This document shows, in pieces, positions 9,909 to 21,435 of a stretch of DNA of 64,000 nt (within the stretch, counting starts at the first letter, position 1; the number at the start of each line of letters is the position of its first letter). The notes under the pieces are model-generated. The model saw nothing but the letters and a program-made list of their open reading frames with translations, was not told where the DNA came from and searched no databases. The stretch comes from Actinomycetota bacterium (GTDB lineage: Bacteria; Actinomycetota; Geothermincolia; Fen-727; Anoxymicrobiaceae), in NCBI GenBank assembly GCA_018896525.1, contig JAHIMR010000065.1:8205-72204 (forward strand). Reading direction: 5' to 3'. The translations under genes were made by a program, and so were the position numbers.

Positions 9909-12521
9909 TCATTCGGAGTTGGTTTCACATTCCCGGTTAATGCACATCTTCCGAGGCTTGCGCCCCTTCTGATCCAGCAGAATGATCGGGGCTCCGCACT
10001 CATCACAGCTTTCCCCGGATTGCTTGATCTCTCCTTCTTGCGGAAGCCGATATGAAACCCTGCACTTGGGATAGCCGTCGCACCCGGCAAACCGGTTACC
10101 GGACTTCTTTCCCTTCCTGACCCGTATCTTGCCGCCGCAATCGAGGCAGGCGCCCAGGACGGTGGGACCCTGAAGCTCCTCCAGGATCTTTGCCATTGCC
10201 TCGCCGGTGACCGAAGGCCAGGTGGGGCACTCTGGGTTAAGGCAGAACTCGAACCGCTTGCCCCCCTCCAGCTCCAGCCTGATGCGCGGGTTCCCGCACT
10301 CGGGACAGCTCTCACCTAATGCCGTTATCTCGCCTCTCTGGGGCAGCTGCAGCGTACGCTTGCAACCGGGGAAGCCGCTGCACCCGGCAAACCGGTTACC
10401 GGACCTTGAGGCCTTCCTCAGTATCATGTCCTTGCCGCAATCGGGGCAGGCGCCCAGGACGGTGGGACCCTGAAGCTCCCCCAGGATCTTTGCCATTGCC
10501 TCGCCGGTGACCGAAGGCCAGGTGGGGCACTCCGGGTTAAGGCAGAACTCGAACCGCTTGCCCCCCTCCAGCTCCAGCCTGATGCGCGGGTTCCCGCACT
10601 CGGGGCAGCTCTCACCTAATGCCGTTATCTCGCCTCTCTGGGGCAGCTGCAGCGTACGCTTGCAATCGGGGAAGCCGCTGCACCCGGCAAACCGGTTACC
10701 GGACCTTGAGGCCTTCCTCAGTATCATGTCCTTGCCGCAATCGGGGCAGGCGCCCAGGACGGCTCCCCTCATGCCTTCCCTGATCTCCCTGGAGATCTCC
10801 TCCTTGCTCTCCTCCATGGTCTCCAGGATACCTTTCAGGATCTCCCGTGACGTATCGACCACGCCTTCCAACGACTGCCGGCCCTCGACGATGGAGTCCA
10901 TGTCCTGTTCCAGCTGAGCCGTCATCTCCGGGGTGGTAACCAGGGTCGCATGCCGCTCGAGCGTACTGGCGACCGCGATGCCGGTGTCGCTGGGTTTCAA
11001 CGGGTTGCCGGACGCATACTCGCGGTCGGCCAGGCCCTGGATTATGTTATGCCGGGTCGACTTGGTCCCCAGACTCAGTTCCTCCATCTTCATTATCAGC
11101 TTGCTCTGAGTGTACCGTGCCGGCGGCTGTGTCTGCTTTCCTTCGATCTCCCTGTCGGCCACCCGGACCATGTCGCCTTCACCCAGCCCCGGCAGTTCAT
11201 CGTCCTTCTTGCGGGAGTACGGGTAGAAACGCAGGAACCCCTCATCCAGGATTACGTCCCCGCGGGCGATAAACGGCTCGCCCCCGATGTCGAGATCAAC
11301 CACGGTTGACCGGGCCAGGGCGGGCTCTGAGAGCGTGGCCATGAAGCGGCGCGCCACCAGTTCGTAGATCCTCCACTCGGGCCCCTTGAGCTTTCCCTTT
11401 GTCGCCGCCCTGGTCGGGTATATGGGAGGGTGGTCGGTGGCGCGTTTCTTGCCCCGGGTGGGCGACAGGCTTTTCTTCTTCAGCAGTTCGCCTGCCAGCG
11501 ATCCAACCACGTCGGCGCCACTGAAAGACCGCAGGACCTCGCGCAGGTCCAGCGACTCCGGGTACACCGTGTTATCCACCCTTGGGTAGCTGATAATACC
11601 CTTTGTATACAGGCCTTCGGCAATTCTCATCGCCTGGGCCGGCGTTATCTTGAGAGTTGACGCCGCCGCCAGGAACGAGGTGGTGTTAAACGGCGCCGGG
11701 GGCTTCACCTTCCTCTCCCTGGTCTTGACCGAGGTGACCTTCCCCTCTTCGGCGATATGATCGAATGCCGACCGGGCATCTTCTTCCCTGGTGAACCGCT
11801 CGGTCTTGTGTCGGGCCGTGAACCGATCACCGTCGCGTTCACACACCGCGCTGACAACCCAGAAGTCCTCCGGCACGAACGCCTTTATTTCCTGCTCCCG
11901 GTTAACCAGCAGGGTCAGCGTCGGGCTCTGTACCCGACCCGCCGACAGGAACTTCTTCCCACCCCTTTTGGTAGCCAGAGAGATGAACCTGGTAAGCACG
12001 GCGCCCCAGATAAGGTCTATGTCCTGCCTGGTCTCTCCTGCCCGCGCCAGGTTCTCCTGGAGGCATCCGGTGTTTGCGAACGCCTCCTCTATCTGGGTTT
12101 CGGTCAAAGCGGAGAAAAGGGCCCTGCTGAAAGTGACCCCGGGGTTGACTTCCTTTATGAGTTTCATGATATCGAACCCTATCAGCTCACCCTCCCGGTC
12201 GTAGTCGGTGGCTATCACCACGCTATCGGCTTTGCGGGCCACCTTCTTCAAGGTGGTTACGAGGGCCTTGTCGATCGGGATCTTCACGATCTTCGCATCG
12301 AGTAGTTCCCCTACTTCCACCTGCCGCCACTTCTGGTACTCCTCGGGGAAATCGACCTCCAGGATGTGCCCGCGCATGCCTATGCACTTAACATCCTCTC
12401 CGTTCTCGTTGAAGGTGTAGAGGGTGCTCTTGGGCCCGCCCTCACGTTTCGCCTTGCCACCGGAGAGGATATCGGCGATGCGCCTGGCTGTCTGGTTTTT
12501 CTCGGTTACTATCAGCTTCAT
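9909..12521 (-). CDS. topA: DNA topoisomerase I with three C-terminal zinc-ribbon modules
   Basis: 870 aa with TOPRIM start MKLIVTEKNQTARRIADIL. The catalytic Tyr region is present. The C-terminus has 3x repeated CPDCGKDMILRKASRSGNRFAGCSGFP.CKRT modules. Confidence 0.9.
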   Translation of the reverse strand: MKLIVTEKNQTARRIADILSGGKAKREGGPKSTLYTFNENGEDVKCIGMRGHILEVDFPEEYQKWRQVEVGELLDAKIVKIPIDKALVTTLKKVARKADSVVIATDYDREGELIGFDIMKLIKEVNPGVTFSRALFSALTETQIEEAFANTGCLQENLARAGETRQDIDLIWGAVLTRFISLATKRGGKKFLSAGRVQSPTLTLLVNREQEIKAFVPEDFWVVSAVCERDGDRFTARHKTERFTREEDARSAFDHIAEEGKVTSVKTRERKVKPPAPFNTTSFLAAASTLKITPAQAMRIAEGLYTKGIISYPRVDNTVYPESLDLREVLRSFSGADVVGSLAGELLKKKSLSPTRGKKRATDHPPIYPTRAATKGKLKGPEWRIYELVARRFMATLSEPALARSTVVDLDIGGEPFIARGDVILDEGFLRFYPYSRKKDDELPGLGEGDMVRVADREIEGKQTQPPARYTQSKLIMKMEELSLGTKSTRHNIIQGLADREYASGNPLKPSDTGIAVASTLERHATLVTTPEMTAQLEQDMDSIVEGRQSLEGVVDTSREILKGILETMEESKEEISREIREGMRGAVLGACPDCGKDMILRKASRSGNRFAGCSGFPDCKRTLQLPQRGEITALGESCPECGNPRIRLELEGGKRFEFCLNPECPTWPSVTGEAMAKILGELQGPTVLGACPDCGKDMILRKASRSGNRFAGCSGFPGCKRTLQLPQRGEITALGESCPECGNPRIRLELEGGKRFEFCLNPECPTWPSVTGEAMAKILEELQGPTVLGACLDCGGKIRVRKGKKSGNRFAGCDGYPKCRVSYRLPQEGEIKQSGESCDECGAPIILLDQKGRKPRKMCINRECETNSE
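10200..10800. repeat. in-frame roughly 300-bp tandem duplication inside topA (zinc-ribbon module)
   Basis: Identical plus-frame ORF peptides at 10207 and 10507. The two units are near-identical at nucleotide level. Confidence 0.8.
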
Positions 12522-12606
12522 GGCAAAAGAGTCTACAAGATAGCGGGAGAATCGGTCAATTGTCCACCTCCCGGCATGCGGTCCCCCGGGAAGCTCCGCC
12601 CGGGGA

Positions 12607-14658
<2,052 letters not shown>

Positions 14659-14861
14659 TAAATCCTCCCTCTTCCAGTAGTCATCTTAATTCAACAGTAA
14701 AATATGGTGATTATATTGAGCAATCGTTGAATCCGCAAGTGCCCTGCGAAAAGCGTGCTCAGACGCGGCTACGATTTCGCTCCCACTTTTGCCGTCGCTG
14801 CGCTCTCTGATAGACTAAACTCGAAAATACTGGTGATTACTACTCCCCCCTCTGGAGGTGC

Positions 14862-15125
14862 TAGTGCCCCGTTCCATAGATATGGTCGCGCACCGAGAGC
14901 GTCGAAGCGCCGCTCCGGCAAGGCGCGTGACTGAGGCGTACTCCTGTAGTACGCCGAGGGAGCGGAACGCAGCCGGAGTGGATGCAGCGGCGTTCGAATG
15001 CCAGCGTATTTATGGAACGGGGTACCTATACGTACTCCTGGAGTACGTCGAGGGAGCGGAACGCAGCCGGTGTGGATGCAGCGGCGTTCGAATGCCAGCG
15101 TATCTATGGAGCGGGGTGCTACTAA
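14862..15125. repeat. family-1 element, about 1.5 tandem copies (orientation B), in the divergent region between hppA and the aminotransferase
   Basis: Full unit roughly 14866-15025, then a second half-module roughly 15026-15125. Confidence 0.8.
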
Positions 15126-16281
15126 TTTGATATCGGACAGGTCCTCTCGCCTCCCTCCATTCTACGTTATGGAAATCCTGGAGAAAGCGCACGAGTTGGA
15201 GCGGGAAGGCGCCGAGGTCGTACACATGGAGGTGGGGGAGCCGGACTTCGACACCCCGGAGCCGATCAGGGAAGCGGCAATCCGCGCGATCCATCAGGGG
15301 ATGACCCGGTACACCCACAGCCAGGGCATACCCTCCCTTCGCGAGGCGATCGCGAAAGAGTACCAGGACCGGTACGGGGTAACCGTTTCCCCGGACAACA
15401 TCATCGTGACCAGTGGCACCTCCCCCGCGATGATCCTGATATTCGGCGCCCTGCTCAACCCCGCGGAGGAGATACTCCTGTCCAACCCCTGCTACGCGTG
15501 TTACCCCAACATCGTGGAGTTCATCGGTGGCACCGTGCGTTACGTGGACGTCTATGAGGAGGATGGCTTCAACTTCCGGTGCGACATGGTTCGCGAGCAA
15601 CTGGGGCCGGCGGTGAAAGGGGTCATGATCAACTCCCCTTCCAACCCTACCGGTATCGTGCTCTCGGAAGGCGAGATAAGCGAACTGGTCGAGGCGGTGG
15701 GTGAGGAAGCGTATATCATCTCCGACGAGATCTACCACGGGTTGGTCTACGAGGGCCGGGAGCACTCGGTCCTGGAGTATACCGACAGGTGCTTCGTGCT
15801 GAACGGGTTCAGTAAGCTATACGCTATGACCGGGTGGCGCCTCGGGTACGTCATCTGCCCACCGGAGTTCGTCCGCGCCATGCAGAAGATCCAGCAGAAC
15901 ATCCTGATCTGCGCCAACTCGTTCGTACAGTGGGCCGGCATCGCCGCCCTCGAAGAAACCGCCACCTACGTCCGGGAGATGGTCGAGACGTACGACCGCC
16001 GCCGGAAGTTCCTGCTCGAACGCCTGAAAGCAATGGGGTTCGGGATAGAGGTCGAGCCGACCGGCGCTTTCTACATCTTCGCCAACGCCAGCCGGTTCAC
16101 CACCGACACTTACCGCTTCTGCCTTGACGTCCTCGAGACCGCTCACCTGGCGATCACGCCGGGGATTGACTTCGGGAGCGGGGGCGAGGGGTACGTACGG
16201 TTCTCCTACGCCAACTCACTTGCCAATATCGAGGAAGGTACGGAGAGACTCAAGCGGTTTCTGGACGAACGGGAGGGGTAG
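15106..16281 (+). CDS. class I/II pyridoxal-phosphate aminotransferase (aspartate aminotransferase-like)
   Basis: GEPDFDTP, SNPCYACYPN, INSPSNPTG and SKLYAMTGWRLGY motifs. Start uncertain: the ORF begins inside the repeat, and the first ATG consistent with AAT N-termini is at 15106 within the repeat's terminal module. Confidence 0.75.
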   Translation: MERGATNLISDRSSRLPPFYVMEILEKAHELEREGAEVVHMEVGEPDFDTPEPIREAAIRAIHQGMTRYTHSQGIPSLREAIAKEYQDRYGVTVSPDNIIVTSGTSPAMILIFGALLNPAEEILLSNPCYACYPNIVEFIGGTVRYVDVYEEDGFNFRCDMVREQLGPAVKGVMINSPSNPTGIVLSEGEISELVEAVGEEAYIISDEIYHGLVYEGREHSVLEYTDRCFVLNGFSKLYAMTGWRLGYVICPPEFVRAMQKIQQNILICANSFVQWAGIAALEETATYVREMVETYDRRRKFLLERLKAMGFGIEVEPTGAFYIFANASRFTTDTYRFCLDVLETAHLAITPGIDFGSGGEGYVRFSYANSLANIEEGTERLKRFLDEREG

Positions 16282-17049
16282 ATGAGCGATAAGACCATAT
16301 TCGTGGACCTCAGCGTGCCCATCGAGGAGTCGGAGAGCGAGCCGTTCAAGCCGGTTATAGATCGGCAGGACCACAAGGCCGGCGCCGCGGTTATGTCCCG
16401 GATCTTCGGTGTCCCTCCCGAGAGCCTGCCGGGGGGATTGGGGTGGGCCAACGACCGGGTCACGCTGATCACCCACGCGGGCACGCATCTCGACGCCCCC
16501 TGGCATTACGCCCCGACCGCCGGCGGCGATCGGGCGATGACCGTTGACGAGGTCCCCCTCCAATGGTGCTTCTCCGACGGCGTGGTGCTTGATATGCACG
16601 AGAAAGCCGACGGCGAACGCATCACCACCGGGGACGTGGAGGCGGAGCTGGAGCGAATCGACTACGAGTTGAAGCCCCTGGACATTGTCCTCATCAGGAC
16701 CGGGGCCGACAGGCACTGGGGAAGCCCCGATTACATCACCCACGGGGCCGGGATGACCGGGGATCCAACCCTCTGGCTGATAGAGCGTGGCGTAAAGGTT
16801 ATGGGGATCGACTCCTGGGGGTTCGACCGCCCGTTCGCGAGCATTATCGAGGAGTACCGCCGCACCGGTGACGCTTCGATAATCTGGGAAGCGCATTATG
16901 CGGGCATACAGGCGCCTTACTGCCACCTGGAAAAGCTGGCCAACCTGGACAAGTTGCCGCCCCACGGGTTCAAGGTCGCCTGCTTCCCGGTAAAGATCAC
17001 CGGAGCCAGCGCCGGCTGGTGCCGTCCCGTAGCCATCATCAGCGAATAG
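16282..17049 (+). CDS. putative cyclase family protein (kynurenine formamidase-like, PF04199)
   Basis: HAGTHLDAPWHY motif. The start overlaps the aminotransferase stop. Confidence 0.65.
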   Translation: MSDKTIFVDLSVPIEESESEPFKPVIDRQDHKAGAAVMSRIFGVPPESLPGGLGWANDRVTLITHAGTHLDAPWHYAPTAGGDRAMTVDEVPLQWCFSDGVVLDMHEKADGERITTGDVEAELERIDYELKPLDIVLIRTGADRHWGSPDYITHGAGMTGDPTLWLIERGVKVMGIDSWGFDRPFASIIEEYRRTGDASIIWEAHYAGIQAPYCHLEKLANLDKLPPHGFKVACFPVKITGASAGWCRPVAIISE

Positions 17050-17057
17050 GAGTAACT

Positions 17058-17696
17058 ATGGAACTGGGAGGCGTTTTAGAGTACGCGAACGGTGTGCTGG
17101 AGCAGGAGAGCAAGGCGCGGGAGCAGGGGCTGAAGCTATCCCGGGAGTGCATAAGGTTCTCGGCGAACTCCATCCGCGCGATCCACCGCGGTGACCGTGA
17201 CCAGTCGATAGACCTCCGTCGGAAGGCCGCCGACTCGGTTTCGGGAGCGCAAACCGCGCTGGCTCCTTACCCCCGCATCTACCACGCTGGCTTCCTCCAG
17301 GATGCCGAGAAGGAGTACGCTGAAGCCGCGATCACCTTCGCCCTTATCCAGGGTGACCCCCTGCCCATGTCCGAAGACCTGGGGGTTGACATCGCCCCCT
17401 ACCTGAACGGGCTCGGGGAGGCGGCGGGCGAAATGCGGCGCCACGTGCTTGACCTCATACGCAACAACCAGCTGGACAGGGGCGAGGAGATCCTTGGCAT
17501 CATGGACGACATCTACTTCCTCCTCGCCTCCGTCGACTACCCCTCCGCCATGACCGGTGGCCTGCGCAGGACCAACGACATGGTGCGTGGCGTCCTGGAG
17601 CGCACACGGGGAGACCTGACAACGGCAATCCGCCGTAACAGCCTGGAGCGGACCATCAAGAACCTTGAAGAGAGGCTCTCCTCCGACGACGACTAG
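17058..17696 (+). CDS. translin-family protein (archaeal-type translin/TRAX)
   Basis: LKLSRECIRFSANSIRAIHRGD resembles the PF01997 N-terminus. AGGAG RBS before the ATG at 17058. Upstream in-frame ORF residues are a spurious extension. Confidence 0.55.
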   Translation: MELGGVLEYANGVLEQESKAREQGLKLSRECIRFSANSIRAIHRGDRDQSIDLRRKAADSVSGAQTALAPYPRIYHAGFLQDAEKEYAEAAITFALIQGDPLPMSEDLGVDIAPYLNGLGEAAGEMRRHVLDLIRNNQLDRGEEILGIMDDIYFLLASVDYPSAMTGGLRRTNDMVRGVLERTRGDLTTAIRRNSLERTIKNLEERLSSDDD

Positions 17697-18073
17697 CAGC
17701 GCCCCCGGGGGGGAGAAATGCGCCAATGGTGCCAGGCACCATTGGCGCATTTTGTGGTTTTTGTTAATTAGCGAGGGAAGGGTCACGCCCCGGGCTGTTG
17801 CATAATTGGGTTTATCTCCCTTGTAGAGTCGGCATCTTGCCGGCATCGGTACCGCCTTTTGCTCGGGAGGGGAAGGGTTTTGCCCCTGGGCTGTTGCATA
17901 ACAGACACCGTTTGCGTGAGGGTTCCAACGGCACCAGCCCGGGGATGGCGTATCTTGTCTGACCACCGCTTGTGCACACGGGAGGGGACAGGCCCCTTCG
18001 GTGCATTATGGAGATGTGTTTGAGTGAAAAGACGAACGGCACCCGCGGGGCCAGCCCCCGTTTGGGTGGCGTG
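17697..18073. repeat. family-2 conserved roughly 300-380 bp intergenic element, copy 1
   Basis: About 80-85% identical to 47578-47869. Has 3x GCTGTTGCATAA/T motifs, CAACGGCACCAGCCCGGGGATGGCGT and GCATTATGGAGAT. Ends CCCGTTTGGGTGGCGTGTTA on the sensor gene stop codon. Confidence 0.75.
17720..17762 (+). terminator. intrinsic terminator (GCGCCAATGGTGCC-AGGC-ACCATTGGCGC followed by a T-run)
   Basis: Perfect 12-bp stem followed by ATTTTGTGGTTTTTGTT, downstream of the translin gene. Forms the first module of the family-2 repeat. Confidence 0.6.
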
Positions 18074-20746
18074 TTAAAGGATGTCGCAGACCATCACGGT
18101 CATGTCGTCTCTGGCGTCGCCGTTACAGAACTCGAGTACGTTCTCAATCAAGGCTCCGGCGAACTTGTCCGAGGGCAGTTCCTGGTGCGAGGTGACGAAC
18201 CTGTCCAACCTCTTTAGCCCGTAGAGCTTTCCTTTACTGTTCTGCGCGTCGATCAGCCCGTCGGTAAACAGAACCAGCCGCTCCCCGGAGTTCAACTTGC
18301 GCTTTCTCACATCGAGGTCGGCACGCGAGAATATTCCCAGGATTGATTTGTCCTCTGATTGCAGTGTGACCGGCGTCCTGTCCTCGGCGCCGATGCACAG
18401 GGGTTCCTCGTGCCCGGCGTTAGTGTAGCTCAGTGTCATCGTTGGAAGGTCTAGAACGCCGAAGAAAACGGTGACGAAGTTGTCGGAGCGATTGGTCATG
18501 TACAGGTTCTGGTTAACGTGCTCCATGATCTTCAGTATCTTGTCTTGCTCACGCGCCTCCACCCGGAGGGCGCTCATGGCCATCGTGGCGAACAGTGCCG
18601 CGCCGACCCCCGAGCCGGACGCGTCGCCCACTACCAGGAACACCTTGTCCCCGTGCCACCAGTAGTCGTACCAGTCCCCGCCGACAACCTTCGCCTGCTG
18701 CTGAACGGCGACCACGTGAACCCCGCCGGCCAATAGAGGGTCGCGGGGAAGAAGACTGCTCTGAATCCCCGAGGCGATATCCATCTCCCTTTGCATCAGG
18801 GCAAACTTCTCGAGCTCCTTCTGCTCGCTGGTATCGCGATAGATCACCACCACGTTCTCGACGTTCCCGTCAGGGTCGTATATCGCGGCGAGCGTCCCTC
18901 CCGCGGGAATCCTCCTCCCGGACCTGGTAACTATCTCGTCCTCCCGGTAGATGACCCGCTCGCCGGCAAACATCTTTCTCATGCCGAAATCGTCCTCCGG
19001 CTCCTCGGTCAAGCCGAACAACACCTCGTAGTAACTGCGGCCCCGCGCCTCCTCCTGGCTCCAACCGGTCATGAACTCGACGGCGGGGTTCGCCAGGACC
19101 ACCCTCATTTCACTATCGACCACCAGAACAGCGTCGGGGGTAGCCTTCAGCACCGCCTCGCTCTTCTCGCGCTCGCGGTACAACCTCTCATTGACCTCCG
19201 CGTTCTGGACGGCCAACTGCTGCTGAAAGAGCTTGTCCTGAAGCTTCCTGTTCTGTATAGCGAGCGCGGCCTGCCGGCCCAGCGCGTCGGCGAGGTCAAT
19301 ATCGTCCGCCGAGAACCTGAAATCCGCGCTGGTGGACTCCAGACTTACCAGGGCAATGAGCTCGTCTTCAAACGACAGGGGAACCTGCAGATACGTTTTC
19401 ACCCCGGGGCGGAAAACTCTCGACTCCCGGTCCGACTCGTCCTCCACTCTCTCGGCAAGCACCGGGCGCCTCTCCCGCATGGCACGGGCGGTGGTCTGAC
19501 CCAGTTCATCCATGGGCATGTGGAACTGGCTCAGCATCCAGACCTGGAGCGTACTGCGCCCGTACCCCGCCATGAACGTCAACGTGTTCGTCTCGGGCTC
19601 GAAGAAGAAAAGCGAGCAGCGCTCAACACCGAGCGCGATGGCGGTCTTCTCAGTTATGGTTTCCATCAGCTCGTCCAGGTCACGGCTTTCGACGGATGCC
19701 TGGGCAATCTCGGTGAGGACGATCGCCTGGCGCCTCCGCTTCTGTTCCTCGCGGAACAGTTCCGCGTTCTTTATCGCGATGCCCGCCTGGGGACCGAGTG
19801 TGGTCAGCATCGTCATGTCGAGTTCGGTATAGCTCTTGGGGGTCGTGTCGTATAGCTCGATTACACCGATGGGTTCCTCGTTGACCGTGATCGGTATCGA
19901 GAGAGCCGACCTTATCTTGCGCCCGGCGGCGGCCCAGGGCAGCTCGAAGCCAATGAGCTCGGCGTCCCTGACCAGCACATACTCGTTCCTGCGCATGGCG
20001 ACATCGGCGATGCTACGGTCTACCCCGATCTCCTCCTTCTGGACCCAGGAACGCGCGAGGCCCATTTCCGCCTTCGCACGCAGATACTTCCTGTCCGCGT
20101 CCAGCAGCAGAATCGAGCCCATCTTCACCCGCATCAGGGATGTCGCCACCTCCAGAATGTAACCCAGGACCTTCTCCAGGTCGACGGTCGAAACGATAGC
20201 CTGGCCCAGGATGGAAAGCGCCTTGAACTCCGTCAGTTGCCTCTCGACGGTGGTCAACTCCTCTTTCTCGAACGCATTCCGCATGTAATGCCTGACCAGC
20301 TTGTTGAACCGGTCCCGGGTGTTGGCAAGTTCGACCCACGCCTCCGCGGAGTACCCTTTCCCCAGCAGGCGGCCGGTTATCTTCCTCCAGGTGTACGTTT
20401 CGCCGTCGTTGAACACACTGATTACATCTCTGAGTTTGATGCCCTGTCCCGCGCGCTGGCGCCCGACATCTTCGGACATGCTCTTGATGTACTTGACTGG
20501 AAAATCGTCCGCCTCGAAGTAGTCAAGGTAGATCTGAATGAAGTCGCGAAACGATTGCCTGACGTCCGCGATCGTATCGGCTGGAAGGGACTGGTACTCG
20601 GGCAAGGTCGCCTCTATCAAGCGATCGATCTCCTTTACCAGCGCGTCTTTCTCCTCTCGCAGGTAACCGGCGACCTCGCGCCTGAGACTTCTCACTTCCG
20701 GGCTTATCTTGCCCTTTTCCGCCCCGTATTCACTGTAATCACTCAT
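18074..20746 (-). CDS. multi-sensor (GAF/PAS) PP2C-type serine phosphatase (SpoIIE/RsbU-like)
   Basis: 890 aa. The C-terminus has a PP2C/SpoIIE signature (GDWYDYW...VVGDASGSGVGAALFATMAMS...FTDGL). GAF- and PAS-like segments lie upstream. Confidence 0.75.
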   Translation of the reverse strand: MSDYSEYGAEKGKISPEVRSLRREVAGYLREEKDALVKEIDRLIEATLPEYQSLPADTIADVRQSFRDFIQIYLDYFEADDFPVKYIKSMSEDVGRQRAGQGIKLRDVISVFNDGETYTWRKITGRLLGKGYSAEAWVELANTRDRFNKLVRHYMRNAFEKEELTTVERQLTEFKALSILGQAIVSTVDLEKVLGYILEVATSLMRVKMGSILLLDADRKYLRAKAEMGLARSWVQKEEIGVDRSIADVAMRRNEYVLVRDAELIGFELPWAAAGRKIRSALSIPITVNEEPIGVIELYDTTPKSYTELDMTMLTTLGPQAGIAIKNAELFREEQKRRRQAIVLTEIAQASVESRDLDELMETITEKTAIALGVERCSLFFFEPETNTLTFMAGYGRSTLQVWMLSQFHMPMDELGQTTARAMRERRPVLAERVEDESDRESRVFRPGVKTYLQVPLSFEDELIALVSLESTSADFRFSADDIDLADALGRQAALAIQNRKLQDKLFQQQLAVQNAEVNERLYREREKSEAVLKATPDAVLVVDSEMRVVLANPAVEFMTGWSQEEARGRSYYEVLFGLTEEPEDDFGMRKMFAGERVIYREDEIVTRSGRRIPAGGTLAAIYDPDGNVENVVVIYRDTSEQKELEKFALMQREMDIASGIQSSLLPRDPLLAGGVHVVAVQQQAKVVGGDWYDYWWHGDKVFLVVGDASGSGVGAALFATMAMSALRVEAREQDKILKIMEHVNQNLYMTNRSDNFVTVFFGVLDLPTMTLSYTNAGHEEPLCIGAEDRTPVTLQSEDKSILGIFSRADLDVRKRKLNSGERLVLFTDGLIDAQNSKGKLYGLKRLDRFVTSHQELPSDKFAGALIENVLEFCNGDARDDMTVMVCDIL

Positions 20747-20908
20747 CCTTTGCTCATTATAGCAAAGGTTATGGGTGCGACCGGTTTCTGGCGATTCCCG
20801 GGTGGAAGTACGGCGAGTCAGGCCCTTCCGGTAGGCCGTCGCGCTTGGACTGCGGAAGCTTTTCGGATATATTGTGTCCTGTAACGCTTCTACAGAGAGA
20901 TTAGCGAG

Positions 20909-21340
20909 GTGTTGACGGTGTTTGTCAGGGTGTTGCAGATCATCGCGATAGTGGTCATTGCCTTTGCGATTCTTCTGTTCATAATACTCCTGCCTCTCTT
21001 GAGCAGGCTGCTCAAGAAGTTGAATAAGTCGCTGTCCGCGGGGCGGCCCGCAATCGCCAGGGAGATGAGTACTTCACTTGGTGAGATGAAAGCGGCCCAG
21101 GACCAGATAGAGTCCGTCGCCGTCTATACCGATTCAGTTGAATCCGGCATGAAGGCGGCAATAAGCGCCGCCGATAGGGCCGTGGGGTTCCTGGAGTCGA
21201 ACGCATTCCAGGTCGGGTTGCCGGCCCTGATATGGGTGCTATTCCTCACAATCTCCATCTTCCGGGTGTTAAAGCCCCGAAATGTGAAGAAGAAGGTCAC
21301 GGTCATACCGCCTCCTTCCTGGGAGAGCGAGTCAGAGTAG
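20909..21340 (+). CDS. small membrane protein (N-terminal TM helix, coiled-coil; DUF948-like), hypothetical
   Basis: 143 aa. Non-ATG (GTG) start. Hydrophobic N- and C-terminal segments. Confidence 0.4.
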   Translation: MLTVFVRVLQIIAIVVIAFAILLFIILLPLLSRLLKKLNKSLSAGRPAIAREMSTSLGEMKAAQDQIESVAVYTDSVESGMKAAISAADRAVGFLESNAFQVGLPALIWVLFLTISIFRVLKPRNVKKKVTVIPPPSWESESE

Positions 21341-21435
21341 GCTTTCGCTTTTCCTAAGCCGCGCCCCGGGGACCTGTAGCCGGCCGTGTTCCCGCCGGGA
21401 GTCCAGTCGCGATGTCTAAGTGAGGAGAGGATTGT

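Noticed and set aside
9854-10315. N-terminal 154-aa extension of the malate dehydrogenase ORF
   Set aside because: It reads through the topA 3' end in another frame (Ser/Ala/Arg-rich). The MDKVTIFGAGHVG Rossmann start at 9853 is the real start.
17136-17966. 276-aa minus-strand ORF overlapping the translin gene and the family-2 repeat
   Set aside because: Antisense to a well-supported gene in a high-GC region, Arg/Pro/Gly-rich low-complexity translation, no RBS. Typical GC-driven spurious ORF.
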